Counted from the stretch's first letter, positions 10,521 through 21,065 are shown. The stretch is 64,000 bases of DNA from Candidatus Krumholzibacteriota bacterium (GCA_963806035.1 CAWDWO010000007.1:1-64000); one strand, 5' to 3'. Numbers and translations are program-made. The notes: generated by a model from the sequence alone, not told the origin.

Positions 10521-11573
10521 CTAAGTTTGCGGCTCGGAGAGTTTCTGCTTGAGCAGGTCGATCGCCGACACCGGAGTGGCTTCGATGCCTCCGGCCTGCG
10601 CCAGATAGACGGAGAGATAGTCACCGAAGAGCACGAGGCTCATGGCGCGTGCGATCGGCGAATTTCCCACGCTTTCGACATTCTCCCACTGGGGCACGCG
10701 GGCTCCCAGAACGGATTTGGTGAGGGTGAAGCGGCGCTGCACGCGCGGATGGTCGGCCCGGTCGCGCAGGGCGATCACGAAGCTCTCGGCCCGCACGCGG
10801 GTGGGAACTTCCCAGCCCACGATCTCGTTGTGGTTCAGCTCGGGGAGAACGCTGCAGTAGGCCAGTGCTTTACCGTTCTCGTTGATTTGCGCGCACCAAC
10901 GCCGCGCGACGGCGGCGCCCAATCCTTCCGCGGAGTAAATCAAGGGCAGCTTTCCGTAGAGTCTCCGCGCCAGACGCCGGGCGGGATTGTTCGTCTCGTT
11001 CGCGGCTGCTCCCATGCTCGCCACGCCCTCCTGCAAGACCTCCACCGTTTCCGCGAGCCCCTCTTGGACTCCCTCCATGAGATCGAAGTGCGAGAGCGCG
11101 CGTAGAAGAACTCCCAGGCCGAAGCCCAGACTGGCTCTCGGAGCTAACCCCCCGGGTAGGATCAAACAGGGCACTTCGGCACTCTTGGCCTTCTCGACCA
11201 GAGAACCGCCTGAACTGATGACGAGCTTGGGCGCGGAGGGGAAGCTCTTCTCGGCAGAAGACCAGCAGGAGAGGACCTCTTCGGTGTTTCCCGAATAGGA
11301 GGAAAAGATGATGAGGGTATCCTCGTCGACCCAGGCGGGAAGCCGGTAAGCGCGATTGAGCGCGAGGAGGACCGGCGCGTCGAGGAGTAGGCCCTGCGCC
11401 AACATTCCCGCGGCAGCGCTCCCTCCCATGCCACACACGATGATGCGTTTGCGGGCGAGAGAACGCGGGATCTCCGCCTGCTCGAAGATCTGCTCGCTCT
11501 GCGCGATCTGTAGCGGCAGAGTCCCCACCAACTCGAGCATGGGTTCACCGGGCATCTTGGACGATGGACTCAT
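10521..11573 (-). CDS. Bifunctional phosphoglucose/phosphomannose isomerase (SIS domain)
   Basis: CGMGGSA, SSYSGNTEE, PRAS, QINENGK, PELNHNEIVGW; ATG overlaps ptsI stop. Confidence 0.9.
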   Translation of the reverse strand: MSPSSKMPGEPMLELVGTLPLQIAQSEQIFEQAEIPRSLARKRIIVCGMGGSAAAGMLAQGLLLDAPVLLALNRAYRLPAWVDEDTLIIFSSYSGNTEEVLSCWSSAEKSFPSAPKLVISSGGSLVEKAKSAEVPCLILPGGLAPRASLGFGLGVLLRALSHFDLMEGVQEGLAETVEVLQEGVASMGAAANETNNPARRLARRLYGKLPLIYSAEGLGAAVARRWCAQINENGKALAYCSVLPELNHNEIVGWEVPTRVRAESFVIALRDRADHPRVQRRFTLTKSVLGARVPQWENVESVGNSPIARAMSLVLFGDYLSVYLAQAGGIEATPVSAIDLLKQKLSEPQT

Positions 11574-13351
11574 GCCAACCCCTCGGCGGGATCGATGGCC
11601 GCATGTTGCTCCTCCTGAAGGATTCCCCTGAGGCCCTTCTTGGCGCGAATCCGCAGGAAATTCTCCACTTCTTCGGCGGTGGAAAAGGAGAGCGCCTCCT
11701 CGGCCCAGCTGCGCGCCTTGGCGAAGGGAAAGCTGCGAATCGCTTTCTTCACCAGGGGAACCGTGGCGGCGTTCGTCGAAATTTCGTCGATCCCCATGCC
11801 CATGAGCAGGACTGCGAGACTGGGCGTGCCCCCCATCTCTCCGCACAGACCCACCCAGATCCCGGCCTCGTGGCCGGCATCGATCGTCTTCTTGATGGCC
11901 CGCAGGACCGCGGGGTGAGAAGGCCGGTGCAGATAGGCGACACGAGAGTTGGTTCGATCGACCGCCATGATGTACTGGGTGAGGTCATTGGTGCCGATGC
12001 TGAAAAAATCACATTCCCTCGCGAGCTCCAATGCCATCGCCACCGCCGCGGGAGTCTCGATCATGATTCCCAATTCGACCTCATCCGCGACCGCTTTGCC
12101 CTCCTTCTGGAGTTCCTGCCGACAGCGAGCCGCAATTTTCTTCACTGCTCTCAACTCGCTGACGTCGGTGATCATGGGCACCATGATCTTCACCGGACCC
12201 AGTGCGCTCACTCGGTACAGGGCGCGCAACTGGCTTCGCAGCAGATCGGGATTGGAGAGAAGATATCGCACTCCTCGCCATCCGAGGAAGGGGTTGTATT
12301 CGCGATACCCTCCCATGGCCGTGAGGAGTTTGTCGCCCCCCACATCCAACACTCGAAAGATGACCGGCTTCCCTTCAGCGCTCTGCACCACCTCGCGATA
12401 GGCCTCGAATTGCTCTTCTTCGTTGGGAATCTGGCCCTGCAGAAAATAGAAATACTCGGTTCTGAGCAGCCCGATCCCCTCGGCTCCGTTCTTGAGCGCG
12501 AGGGAGATTTCCACCGGCAGCTCCACGTTCGCCGCCAACTCCACCGAGTGTCCGTCGGGAGTGATGGCGGGCAGAGTCCGCAACGAATTCAGTTTTTCCT
12601 CGGCCTGCCGCCGCCGTCGCACGCGAGCGGCGAATCTCTCCCTGACTTTGGCCTCGGGACCGACCACGATCTGACCGGACATGCCGTCCACCATGAGATC
12701 CTCGCCGCTCTTCACCTGACGGCTCATGGTGCCAAGCCCCACCACGCAGGGAACGCCCAAGCTGCGGGCGATGATCGCGGTATGGCTACTCGGACCGCCC
12801 TCGTCGATACAGAAACCCTGGATGAGGGTGGGATCCAGTTCGGCGGTTTGGCTGGGGCTCAACTGGTTGGCGACGATGATCACGGGCTCTTTTAGCTTGG
12901 GGGTCTCGGCCTGTCCCCCTTTCAGGGCACGGAGAACGCGCTGTTCCACGTCACGAAAATCCTCGATTCTCTCGCGGAAAAGGGACTCCCCCGAAAGATG
13001 CAGCGGTACCAGGGCCTCGCCGATGGCGCGCGCGAAGGCGGAGCCCGCGGTCAAGAGCCGCTCGCGAACGAATCCGCGGGTGACCCCGAGAACTTCCTCG
13101 TCCTCCAGAAGCAACAGTTGCGCGTCCAGTATGCGGGCGTGACCCTCCCCCAAGTGCCCGTGGAGCTGCGAACGCAAGTCCTCGAGCTCCAACTTGGTCT
13201 TGTGCAAGGCGTTCTCGAAACGGGCTAGCTCGCCCTCGACTTCTGAGGCTTCACAGTAGCTGGGACCCTCCGACAGGCTCGAGGAGGGAAAGACCAGAGC
13301 CTTGCCCAGGACGAGTCCGTTCGACGCACCGATGCCGCTGAATCTACGCAC
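11570..13351 (-). CDS. ptsI: Phosphoenolpyruvate-protein phosphotransferase (PTS enzyme I)
   Basis: GGPSSHTAIIARSLG phospho-His, GIGLLRTE, NPFLGWRGVR, SIGTNDLTQY, GLCGEM. Confidence 0.96.
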   Translation of the reverse strand: MRRFSGIGASNGLVLGKALVFPSSSLSEGPSYCEASEVEGELARFENALHKTKLELEDLRSQLHGHLGEGHARILDAQLLLLEDEEVLGVTRGFVRERLLTAGSAFARAIGEALVPLHLSGESLFRERIEDFRDVEQRVLRALKGGQAETPKLKEPVIIVANQLSPSQTAELDPTLIQGFCIDEGGPSSHTAIIARSLGVPCVVGLGTMSRQVKSGEDLMVDGMSGQIVVGPEAKVRERFAARVRRRRQAEEKLNSLRTLPAITPDGHSVELAANVELPVEISLALKNGAEGIGLLRTEYFYFLQGQIPNEEEQFEAYREVVQSAEGKPVIFRVLDVGGDKLLTAMGGYREYNPFLGWRGVRYLLSNPDLLRSQLRALYRVSALGPVKIMVPMITDVSELRAVKKIAARCRQELQKEGKAVADEVELGIMIETPAAVAMALELARECDFFSIGTNDLTQYIMAVDRTNSRVAYLHRPSHPAVLRAIKKTIDAGHEAGIWVGLCGEMGGTPSLAVLLMGMGIDEISTNAATVPLVKKAIRSFPFAKARSWAEEALSFSTAEEVENFLRIRAKKGLRGILQEEQHAAIDPAEGLA

Positions 13352-13355
13352 TGCT

Positions 13356-13625
13356 TCAGCCTTGCTCCGCTAGTTCATGTTCGATCAGGGTGGCGAGGGA
13401 GGATAGCGCCGCCTCCGCGTCGGGCCCTTCCGCGCTGATTTCAAGAGGCTCGAGATGATGCGCCACGAGCGAGGCGAGGCCGAGAATGCTCTTCGCGTTG
13501 GCTTCCACGCTCTGATAGCGAATGCGGATATCCGATTCGAACTGCTTGGCTCGTTTCACGATGCGGCTCGCCGCCCGCAGGTGCAAACCGACTGGGTCAC
13601 CGACACGTGCTGTCAAACTCGGCAT
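13356..13625 (-). CDS. ptsH: HPr phosphocarrier
   Basis: GLHLRAA (His15 equivalent), NAKSILGL (Ser46 equivalent). Confidence 0.92.
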   Translation of the reverse strand: MPSLTARVGDPVGLHLRAASRIVKRAKQFESDIRIRYQSVEANAKSILGLASLVAHHLEPLEISAEGPDAEAALSSLATLIEHELAEQG

Positions 13626-13642
13626 CGCTTGTTCTTCCTTCC

Positions 13643-14368
13643 TCACATGCTACTCGTCGAGCGCAGAATGCCCCACAGGAGAATGGTGGCCAAAATCAGC
13701 ACGCGGTCGAGCGGCCAACGGCGCCAGGCCGCCAAGAAGCCACATATTAAGGCCCCCAGCGCACAGATCAAAGCGAAGGGGCTGAATTGCGCATTCCATC
13801 GCGTGGAGAACCCGAGAGCAAGCGCGAGTCCGCAGCTCAGTCCGGCCGCGGCTCGGGCCCAGCTCATGGAGCGGTGAACCCAGGAGCGCGTGAGGAAATC
13901 GACGACTCCCGGACCCCTCTCAACGCCCAGCCGCAGGCACAGTTCCCGGATCGCACCCGACGCGATCGCAAAGAGCGCCCAGGCGGCCAGAATCCCTAGG
14001 GGGCCCAAGAGGAAGGCCGCGCTCAGACCAAGATAAGCCACCGCTGGCCGGGCGCCCTCCCAAAAGAATGGATCCCCCAATGCCCCCAGACTGCTGGCCA
14101 GCCCCTTCTGAAGGCGCAGGCTCTCCTCTTCCCGCCCCGAGCGGTCCAGATGCAGGGTCGCCCCCACGATCATTCCCGCCAGATAGGGATTCGTGTTGAA
14201 GTAGCCCAGACGGTCCCGGGCCCATCGCGCCAAGTCGGCCCCCTGAAGCCCGCGCCGCCGCGCCTCGGGGAGCAGGCAGACCAAAAAGCCCAAGCTCTGC
14301 ATTCCCTCGCGATTCCAGGAAGACTGCAAGAACCAGAGACGCCAGGCGCTGCGGTAGGAAAAACTCAC
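13643..14368 (-). CDS. PTS mannose/fructose/sorbose family IID component
   Basis: LQSSWNREGMQSLGF, YFNTNPY, LGALGDPFFW; GTGA overlap with IIC stop. Confidence 0.88.
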   Translation of the reverse strand: MSFSYRSAWRLWFLQSSWNREGMQSLGFLVCLLPEARRRGLQGADLARWARDRLGYFNTNPYLAGMIVGATLHLDRSGREEESLRLQKGLASSLGALGDPFFWEGARPAVAYLGLSAAFLLGPLGILAAWALFAIASGAIRELCLRLGVERGPGVVDFLTRSWVHRSMSWARAAAGLSCGLALALGFSTRWNAQFSPFALICALGALICGFLAAWRRWPLDRVLILATILLWGILRSTSSM

Positions 14369-15024
14369 GGCGCACCCCACAGAAGGAGGCCGAGGGAGGC
14401 CAGGCAGAGGCCGAAGATGAGCCAGGGCAGCCGCGCCCGCTGGCGCAGAAGTACACCCACCCCCAGAAGCGGAGCGCTCCACCAGATCGCCTCGAAGCTC
14501 CGTCGCGCACTCTCGTCGAAAAAGGAATCGGCCAGCCCGATCGCGAGGCGCAGCACGAGTGCCAGAATCACGGTGACGAGCAGCCCGCGCACGAAGTGGA
14601 GGAAGCTCATGCCGAAGTGGTAGCGTTCCAAGGGTGGAAGCTCACCCGCCTCGAGCCGCCGACGCAGGCGCTTACGATTGTGCAGGGCCAAGCTCCGCAG
14701 AAGATTGATGGCCCGGCCCGCCGGGCGCGCCAGCACCAGACCCAAGACGAGGGTCATGCCGAAGGCCCACTCGGGGGCGTTGGCGCCGGCGGCCAAAGGA
14801 ATTGCCACGGCTAGAGAAGTGGTATCCCGCAGGCTTTCGTAACCGACGGGGAGATTTCTCTGCATGAGGAGAGTCAGGCAGAAGCCCAACCAAATCCCCT
14901 CGGCCGGGGCGCCCACCAACCAACCGGCGAGTCCGGCGGCCACGGCCGGATGAGCCAGGAGAGTCTGGCCCACCGCGGTCCGGTCGGCGCCGGCCAGCCC
15001 GCCCAGTATCGCGGCAAGAATCAA
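14365..15024 (-). CDS. PTS mannose/fructose/sorbose family IIC component (short, divergent)
   Basis: GADRTAVGQTLLAHPAVAAGLAGWLVG..GIWLG hydrophobic N-terminus; lies between IIB and IID. Confidence 0.8.
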   Translation of the reverse strand: MILAAILGGLAGADRTAVGQTLLAHPAVAAGLAGWLVGAPAEGIWLGFCLTLLMQRNLPVGYESLRDTTSLAVAIPLAAGANAPEWAFGMTLVLGLVLARPAGRAINLLRSLALHNRKRLRRRLEAGELPPLERYHFGMSFLHFVRGLLVTVILALVLRLAIGLADSFFDESARRSFEAIWWSAPLLGVGVLLRQRARLPWLIFGLCLASLGLLLWGAP

Positions 15025-15509
15025 CGGCTCTCCAAGGCGACGCGGCCGTCGATGCGGCTCGCCCCCGGAATGCTCTGCACCGCGACGGAGATCCCGCGCC
15101 GCAAAAGTGCGCGCAGGGCCTCGAGTTGAGTATCGTCCAGGAAATAGCCAGGCCAGATCTCGCGGCTCTTCTGGTGATGGTGAATCCCGCCCAGAACGAC
15201 CTCGGAGAGCTCGAGCCCGTCCTCGACGAGTCGAAGGACGTCCTCGGGTGATTCCAACACGAGCAGGGTCGCCTTCTGGTCTGCCACCCTTTCCAGTTCG
15301 CGCAGATAGGAGGATGCCGCCTCGACGGAGAGGATCTCGAGTTCGATGGATGGCGGGACTGCCGATCGGAAGAGCCGCGATTGAAGTGGATCGTCGGCAG
15401 CCTCTTCGTTGGCCAGAACGAGTCTCTTCACCTGCAAAAATTCGCAGCAACCCACGACCACCTGGCCGTGAATCAAGCGGTCATCGACGCGTACTCCGAC
15501 CAGGTTCAT
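15021..15509 (-). CDS. PTS mannose/fructose/sorbose family IIB component
   Basis: RVDDRLIHGQV signature. Confidence 0.93.
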   Translation of the reverse strand: MNLVGVRVDDRLIHGQVVVGCCEFLQVKRLVLANEEAADDPLQSRLFRSAVPPSIELEILSVEAASSYLRELERVADQKATLLVLESPEDVLRLVEDGLELSEVVLGGIHHHQKSREIWPGYFLDDTQLEALRALLRRGISVAVQSIPGASRIDGRVALESR

Positions 15510-15889
15510 GGCTTCAACTCCATGATTCGCACTGCTTCACGGGCCCGCTGGGTCACCTTTTTCACCAGCCCCGCCGGCTCCAATCGGCCCACGCGACTGA
15601 GGTAGGTCACGACCATGGAAAGATTCACGCCAGAAAGCACCCAGGTGTCAGGGCGGCCGGAAGCCGCGAGGCAGGCCGCGGTTCCACACGATCCCAAACC
15701 CTCGTCGACCATGACGAGGGCCGGCCCGTTTTCCTGTTTCAGCCAGTCGGAAATGAGCTGCCGCATCTCGTGGCTGCCGCGGTCACGATTGCTGAGGATC
15801 GAGAGAGGGGCGTCAGATGCAACGACAAGACGAGCTGAGGCGATCAACTCTCTTCCCAGGTCGCCATGGGTGACGATCAGTCCGCGCAT
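15506..15889 (-). CDS. PTS mannose family IIA component
   Basis: LIVTHGDLGREL, SGVNLSMV. Confidence 0.88.
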   Translation of the reverse strand: MRGLIVTHGDLGRELIASARLVVASDAPLSILSNRDRGSHEMRQLISDWLKQENGPALVMVDEGLGSCGTAACLAASGRPDTWVLSGVNLSMVVTYLSRVGRLEPAGLVKKVTQRAREAVRIMELKP

Positions 15890-15929
15890 TCCTGCCGCTT
15901 CTCAAAAGACGCGATTCCTCTTGGCGGAA

Positions 15930-16895
15930 TCACTCCAGGTCGTGACGCAAATATTGGGCGGTGCGACCCAATTCCTCCATGCTCTCGATGAGTTTGCGGT
16001 TCAAGAGCTCGGCGGAATCGATGCCGTACATCTTGAGCATGAAATCTAAAGCAAGGACTTCGGTGATCACAGTGATATTCTTGCCGGGTACGATCGGAAC
16101 GTTCACCTTTGGAATGGAAACGCCCAGGATCTCGCTCTGATCTCGATCCAGTCCCAAGCGATCGTAGCTCTTTCCCTCCACCCAGTCTTCCAGCCGCACC
16201 TCGACCTCCACGCGCTTCTGCATGCGCAGGGCGCGTACCCCGAAAATCGGAAAGACATCGACGATCCCGATACCCCGGATCTCCATGTGGTGTTTGAGGG
16301 TCTTGCGCCCGGTTCCCATGAGGACGTCGTCGCGGCGTGTGATCTCCACCAGATCGTCGGCGACCAAGCGGTGACCGCGCTCGATGAGATCGAGCGCGGT
16401 CTCACTCTTGCCGATTCCACTGCGTCCGGTGAACAGCATGCCGACTCCGTAGACGTCGACCAGAGTCCCGTGGACGTTCGATCGGAGGGCGAAGTGGTCT
16501 TTGAGCAGATCTCGCAGCCGATCCACCAGATCTTCGGTCTCCAGGGCGACCCGGGCCACGGGGATGCGGTCCCCCTCGAGCTCCGCCAGAACCGGGGGCG
16601 GCAGCTCGAGATCCATGGCCACGAACACCCCGGCCACCTTGACGTCGAGCACGCGGCGGATCGCCGTGCGCTGTTCGTCCACGCTCAAACTTTCGAGGTA
16701 ACGGATTTCGCTCTCGCCGAGCACTTGCAGCCGCTCGCTCAAAAAGCCGTCGGTGTAGCCCATCAGTCCCATTCCGGGGCGATGGACGTCGTTGTCTTTG
16801 ACCGAAGCGTCGGGCGAACCGCTGACCAGGATTTCCGTCTCGGTGTTCACTCCGAGACGCTGTACGAGATCCGCAAAGCGGAGCGGGTGGGCCAC
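15930..16895 (-). CDS. hprK: HPr(Ser) kinase/phosphorylase
   Basis: HGTLVDVYGVG, GRSGIGKSE, LVADD, MEIRGIGI. Confidence 0.96.
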   Translation of the reverse strand: MAHPLRFADLVQRLGVNTETEILVSGSPDASVKDNDVHRPGMGLMGYTDGFLSERLQVLGESEIRYLESLSVDEQRTAIRRVLDVKVAGVFVAMDLELPPPVLAELEGDRIPVARVALETEDLVDRLRDLLKDHFALRSNVHGTLVDVYGVGMLFTGRSGIGKSETALDLIERGHRLVADDLVEITRRDDVLMGTGRKTLKHHMEIRGIGIVDVFPIFGVRALRMQKRVEVEVRLEDWVEGKSYDRLGLDRDQSEILGVSIPKVNVPIVPGKNITVITEVLALDFMLKMYGIDSAELLNRKLIESMEELGRTAQYLRHDLE

Positions 16896-17279
16896 TCAGG
16901 CCTCCTCGTTCTCGCCCTCGCTGCGCGCGACTTCGGCCTGCGTCAATTGTTCGAGGGCCGCCGCGGACGAGAGCTCCTGCTTGACACCCTTGCGCTGGCC
17001 GGTCACCCGATCGCGGTGCTTTCTGAGCTGATGCTCCATGCTGGCGCAGGCGCGGTCGACCGACTGCAACATGTCGTCGGAATCGGCACGGGCGTGAAAA
17101 TCCTTGCCGTAGGCCCGGATGTGGATTTCGCAGACCTTGTCCACCTTCTCCTCCGAAAGCGTGAGGTGAATCGGGCCTAGATCGCGCAGATATTTGTCGA
17201 ATTTGGCTATGCGCTCTTCCGCATGGCTGCGGACGCGCTTGGTGGGCTCGTAGTTCCGGTTCGTGATTTCGAGGTTCAT
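16896..17279 (-). CDS. hpf: Ribosome hibernation promoting factor / RaiA
   Basis: MNLEITNRN..., DMLQSVDRACASMEHQLRKHRDR; GGAGG SD; directly after rpoN. Confidence 0.9.
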   Translation of the reverse strand: MNLEITNRNYEPTKRVRSHAEERIAKFDKYLRDLGPIHLTLSEEKVDKVCEIHIRAYGKDFHARADSDDMLQSVDRACASMEHQLRKHRDRVTGQRKGVKQELSSAAALEQLTQAEVARSEGENEEA

Positions 17280-17401
17280 ATGTGCCTCCGGAAGTGAGGG
17301 GCCACCCAGCTTCACGCCGCCGGAAACGCGACGATCAGCCGTCTCCCTGGAATGTAACCCGTCGTCTTGACGGTGCCAAGCTCCTTGGCGCTCGAGTGGA
17401 C

Positions 17402-18814
17402 CTAATAGGTCTTACGCATCCGCGCGGGAAGAATCCCCAATTGTTCGCGGTATTTCGCGACCGTCCTGCGGGCGATGTTCAAACCCTCGACCTTGAGTAG
17501 ATCCACGATCTTCTGATCGCTGAGAGGCCTGCTTTTTTCCTCCTTGCTGATGATGCTCTGGATGCGGATTTTCGCCGCCTTCGATGACATGTTTTCGCCG
17601 TCGTCGGTATCGAGACTGGAGCTGAAGAAATACTTCAGCTCGAAAACTCCGCGCGGCGTCTGGACGTACTTGTTGGTGGTGACGCGGCTCACGGTCGATT
17701 CGTGCATGCCGATGCGGTTGGCCACCTGTTGCAAGGTGAGCGGCTTCAAGGCCACCGCGCCCTTCTCGAAGAATTCCTTCTGCTCCTCGACGATGCACTG
17801 CATCACCTTGACGATCGTGCGTCGCCGCTGTTCGATGGTCTGAATCAGCCAACGCGCGGAATTGAGCTTCCCCACGATGAATTCTCTGGTTTCCTTGTCC
17901 CCCTGTTGCCGGCTGCGAGCGAGTTCCTCGCGGTAGGCACGGCTGACACGGAGACGGGGAATGTTGCTGTCGTTGAGGTAAACGATGTACTCCCCCTCGA
18001 CCCTCTCCACGATGAGATCGGGCACCACGTACTTGGCATCCTCCCCGAAGGTCGAAAGGCCGGGCCGCGGGTCGAGCTGTCCGATTTCTTGCGCGATGGT
18101 CTGGACGTCCTGTGCGGTGAGATGCATTTCCTTGGCGATTTCGTTGAATTTGCGGTTCTTGAGCGCATCGAAATGTTCGCGAACGATGGTCGCGGCGGGG
18201 CCTTCCCCTTCACCCAGGGCGTTGAGTTGCAAGATGAGCGATTCCTGGAGACCGCGGGCGGCGATTCCCGGAGGATCGAAGGCCTGGATGACGCGCAGAA
18301 CGTGCTCGACCTTGTCCTCGTCCACTTCGAAGTGGCGCGCGACCTCTCCCAGATCGCAGGTCAAAAAACCGTCTTCGTTGAGACTGCCGATGATGTACTC
18401 GCCGATCTCTATCTCGAGCTCGTTGTTCAGATTGAGATGCAGCTGCACGGAGAGTTTCTCGTAGCCGTTCTCCGGCGCGACGGCGACTCGTTCGAAACGA
18501 TCGTCGATCTCCTCCCTCTCACCTTCGAAACCTGCCTGGGAAAAACCGTCGTTGAAATACTCCTCCCAGTCGACCGACTCTCCGTTGTTCTCGTTCTTGT
18601 CCCCGTTGGAAGTTTCATCTTCCGAAGCTTCGACTTCCTCTTCTTCCTCGATCGGTTCAACTTCCTCCAGCAGAGGATTCATCAGGATCTCCTGCTTGAG
18701 GATCTGTTCGAGTTCGAGGGTGGGAACCTGCAAGAGCTTGAGAGCTTGTTGCAGCTTGGGAGTCATGACGAGTCGTTGACCCATCCGTTGACTCAGAACG
18801 TGTTTCATTTCCAT
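17402..18814 (-). CDS. rpoN: RNA polymerase sigma-54 factor
   Basis: LQQALKLLQ region I, HESTVSR HTH, RpoN box ARRTVAKYRE. Confidence 0.98.
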   Translation of the reverse strand: MEMKHVLSQRMGQRLVMTPKLQQALKLLQVPTLELEQILKQEILMNPLLEEVEPIEEEEEVEASEDETSNGDKNENNGESVDWEEYFNDGFSQAGFEGEREEIDDRFERVAVAPENGYEKLSVQLHLNLNNELEIEIGEYIIGSLNEDGFLTCDLGEVARHFEVDEDKVEHVLRVIQAFDPPGIAARGLQESLILQLNALGEGEGPAATIVREHFDALKNRKFNEIAKEMHLTAQDVQTIAQEIGQLDPRPGLSTFGEDAKYVVPDLIVERVEGEYIVYLNDSNIPRLRVSRAYREELARSRQQGDKETREFIVGKLNSARWLIQTIEQRRRTIVKVMQCIVEEQKEFFEKGAVALKPLTLQQVANRIGMHESTVSRVTTNKYVQTPRGVFELKYFFSSSLDTDDGENMSSKAAKIRIQSIISKEEKSRPLSDQKIVDLLKVEGLNIARRTVAKYREQLGILPARMRKTY

Positions 18815-18826
18815 AGCGATAGCCTC

Positions 18827-19585
18827 TCAGCTGCGTGAACTCGCGTTCTCGAGATGGAATCCCTCACCCAAATAGAGGCGGCGCGCCTGCGCATCCTTGA
18901 CGATCTCCTCGGGGGTACCTTCCACCATGATCCGGCCCTCGTGCAGGATGTAGGCGCGATCGGTAATGCTGAGCGTCTCTCTCACGTTGTGGTCGGTGAT
19001 GAGAACTCCCAGACCACGTCGCTTGAGTCCAGCCACGATTTCCTGGATATCGTTGAGCGCGATGGGATCGATTCCGGCGAAGGGCTCATCCAACAGGATG
19101 AAGTGGGGCTCGATGGCCAGGGCACGGGCAATCTCCACGCGGCGTCTCTCTCCTCCGGAGAGCTCGTAGCCCTTCGCGGATTTGAGATGGCTCACTCCCA
19201 GCTCGTCCAGTAGGTGTGCGCAGCGCTGGGCTTGCTCGTCTTTTGTGATCTTCATGGTCTGCAGGATAGCCCTCACGTTCTCCTCGACCGTCATGCGCCG
19301 GAAGACCGACGCCTCTTGGGGAAGATACCCGATGCCCAACCGTGCTCTCACGTACATGGGCTTGCTCGTGATCTCGGTCTCCCCCAGGAAGACCTTGCCC
19401 GAGTTGGGTTTGATGAAACCCACCATCTGGTAGAAGGTCGTGGTCTTTCCCGCGCCATTGGGGCCCAAGAGTCCCACGATTTCACCGGTTCGCACGTGCA
19501 GGGATACCCCGTCCACCACGCGCCGCGAGCGGTACTTCTTGACCAGTTCTCGACAGGACAGCGACTTCCATGCCATCTCGCTCAA
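18827..19585 (-). CDS. lptB: LPS export ABC ATPase
   Basis: [48 protein letters not shown]. Confidence 0.96.
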   Translation of the reverse strand: MSEMAWKSLSCRELVKKYRSRRVVDGVSLHVRTGEIVGLLGPNGAGKTTTFYQMVGFIKPNSGKVFLGETEITSKPMYVRARLGIGYLPQEASVFRRMTVEENVRAILQTMKITKDEQAQRCAHLLDELGVSHLKSAKGYELSGGERRRVEIARALAIEPHFILLDEPFAGIDPIALNDIQEIVAGLKRRGLGVLITDHNVRETLSITDRAYILHEGRIMVEGTPEEIVKDAQARRLYLGEGFHLENASSRS

Positions 19586-20139
19586 TCCTGTTCCCCCTTG
19601 CGCAATCCCGGGGAACTCTCCGGAGCATCCCCTTCCACCTGCTTCTTGATCCTGAGATCGGTCATCTTCGGATCGGTCTCCAAACCGATACCGGTCAGAA
19701 CCTTGTCAGCGTCCGTGGCCCGGAAATAGAGGTCGGTGAAGATGATTCTACGTTCATTGTCCCAGTTCAGAACCTCGCTCTGAAGAGTCCGGTCGTCCTC
19801 GGTCACGATCTTCACGTCCCCCTTGGCGACCATGTTGCGCGTGTTCTCGTTGACCGTGCCGCGCTCGGAGGTGAGAGTCGCGCTCAACTGTCCATCGGTA
19901 TAAAAATACATGCGCACCCCGATGAGGTGGAGATCCTCCTCCCCTGCGTAGCGCTCGGCCCGGTTACCGAATAACTCCCAGCGCATTTGCCCGCGCTCGG
20001 TTTCCACCGTGTGATAGCCGTAAATGGTCTGGATGGGCGACTCATTGGTGGGCGAAGGTGCGTTCTCCTCCCGCTCACCGCAGCCAGAGCTCGCAAGCAC
20101 GCTCAAGAGGAAAAAGAGAGCGACGAACTTGCGCATCAT
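19582..20139 (-). CDS. lptC: LPS export periplasmic bridge LptC (lipoprotein-type signal LASSGC)
   Basis: Position before lptB; beta-jellyroll-like pattern ([27 protein letters not shown]). Confidence 0.8.
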   Translation of the reverse strand: MMRKFVALFFLLSVLASSGCGEREENAPSPTNESPIQTIYGYHTVETERGQMRWELFGNRAERYAGEEDLHLIGVRMYFYTDGQLSATLTSERGTVNENTRNMVAKGDVKIVTEDDRTLQSEVLNWDNERRIIFTDLYFRATDADKVLTGIGLETDPKMTDLRIKKQVEGDAPESSPGLRKGEQD

Positions 20140-21065
20140 GACTCGCTTCCCTCTGCCACGATCTCCTCCGACTCGCCGTAACGATCGTGAAACCAGGTCC
20201 ACTGCCGCGGCGCGCGCCGAATGAGCGCCTCCAACGCCGCATTGCAGCGGGCGGTCAGAACCATCTCGTCTCGGGTATCGTTCCAGGGAACCTCATCCCC
20301 CACGAGGACCCAGTGATCTTCGCCGTCGAATCGCATTCCCACAGGCAAAATCCGCGCGCGGCTGCGGCGGGCCAGTCGCTGGGGACCGACGGCGGTGGGA
20401 GCCGGGCGGCCAAAGAAGGGCGCGGAGACGCTGCTCACCTGGCTGCGATGATCCGCCAGCACCGCCAAGGAGCCGCCTCGGCGAAGCCACCGGGCCGCGG
20501 CCAGAACTTCACGCCTCCGATCGAAGGTACGCAGACCGAGGGCGGCGCGTTCCCGGGCCAGCCACGAATCGATCCAGTGGTTGTGGGGATTCGCCGTCAC
20601 GACCCCCATCGCGGGGAATCGATCCGCCAGCCAACGGCCCAAGAGTTCCCAGCTTCCCAGGTGCAAGCTCAGCACGAGTACAGGATCGCCGCTTTCCTGG
20701 ATTCTCGCCAAGCGCTCCTCATCCGCCGACGCGATCCGAACGCGCGCCTCCCCCCGCACTGAATCCACCAGGTTCCTCCCCAAGCACACGAAGCTCTCCC
20801 GCGCCGCGCGACGGCGGGTCTCTTCATCCCAGTCGGGAAAGGCGAGGGCGAGCTGCCGCATGGCCACCTCCCGGTCACCGCGCCGGCACGAATACGCGAG
20901 CAGGCCCAAAGCCTCCATGAACCCGACGGCGAGCCGGCGCGGGCTGCGCCGCGCCAGCCAGGCCAGACTCCGCACCGAGGCGTAGAACACGAAGCGACGG
21001 GCCATTCTCAGCCGCCGCTTGCGGCCCGGAATTTCGCGGAAATCCGGTAAAGAGCCCGAGACCAT
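20136..21065 (-). CDS. Lipid A biosynthesis acyltransferase (LpxL/HtrB family)
   Basis: HLGSWE, LADH, PFFGRPA, RRAPRQWTWFHDRY; start is either 21065 or 21005. Confidence 0.88.
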   Translation of the reverse strand: MVSGSLPDFREIPGRKRRLRMARRFVFYASVRSLAWLARRSPRRLAVGFMEALGLLAYSCRRGDREVAMRQLALAFPDWDEETRRRAARESFVCLGRNLVDSVRGEARVRIASADEERLARIQESGDPVLVLSLHLGSWELLGRWLADRFPAMGVVTANPHNHWIDSWLARERAALGLRTFDRRREVLAAARWLRRGGSLAVLADHRSQVSSVSAPFFGRPAPTAVGPQRLARRSRARILPVGMRFDGEDHWVLVGDEVPWNDTRDEMVLTARCNAALEALIRRAPRQWTWFHDRYGESEEIVAEGSES

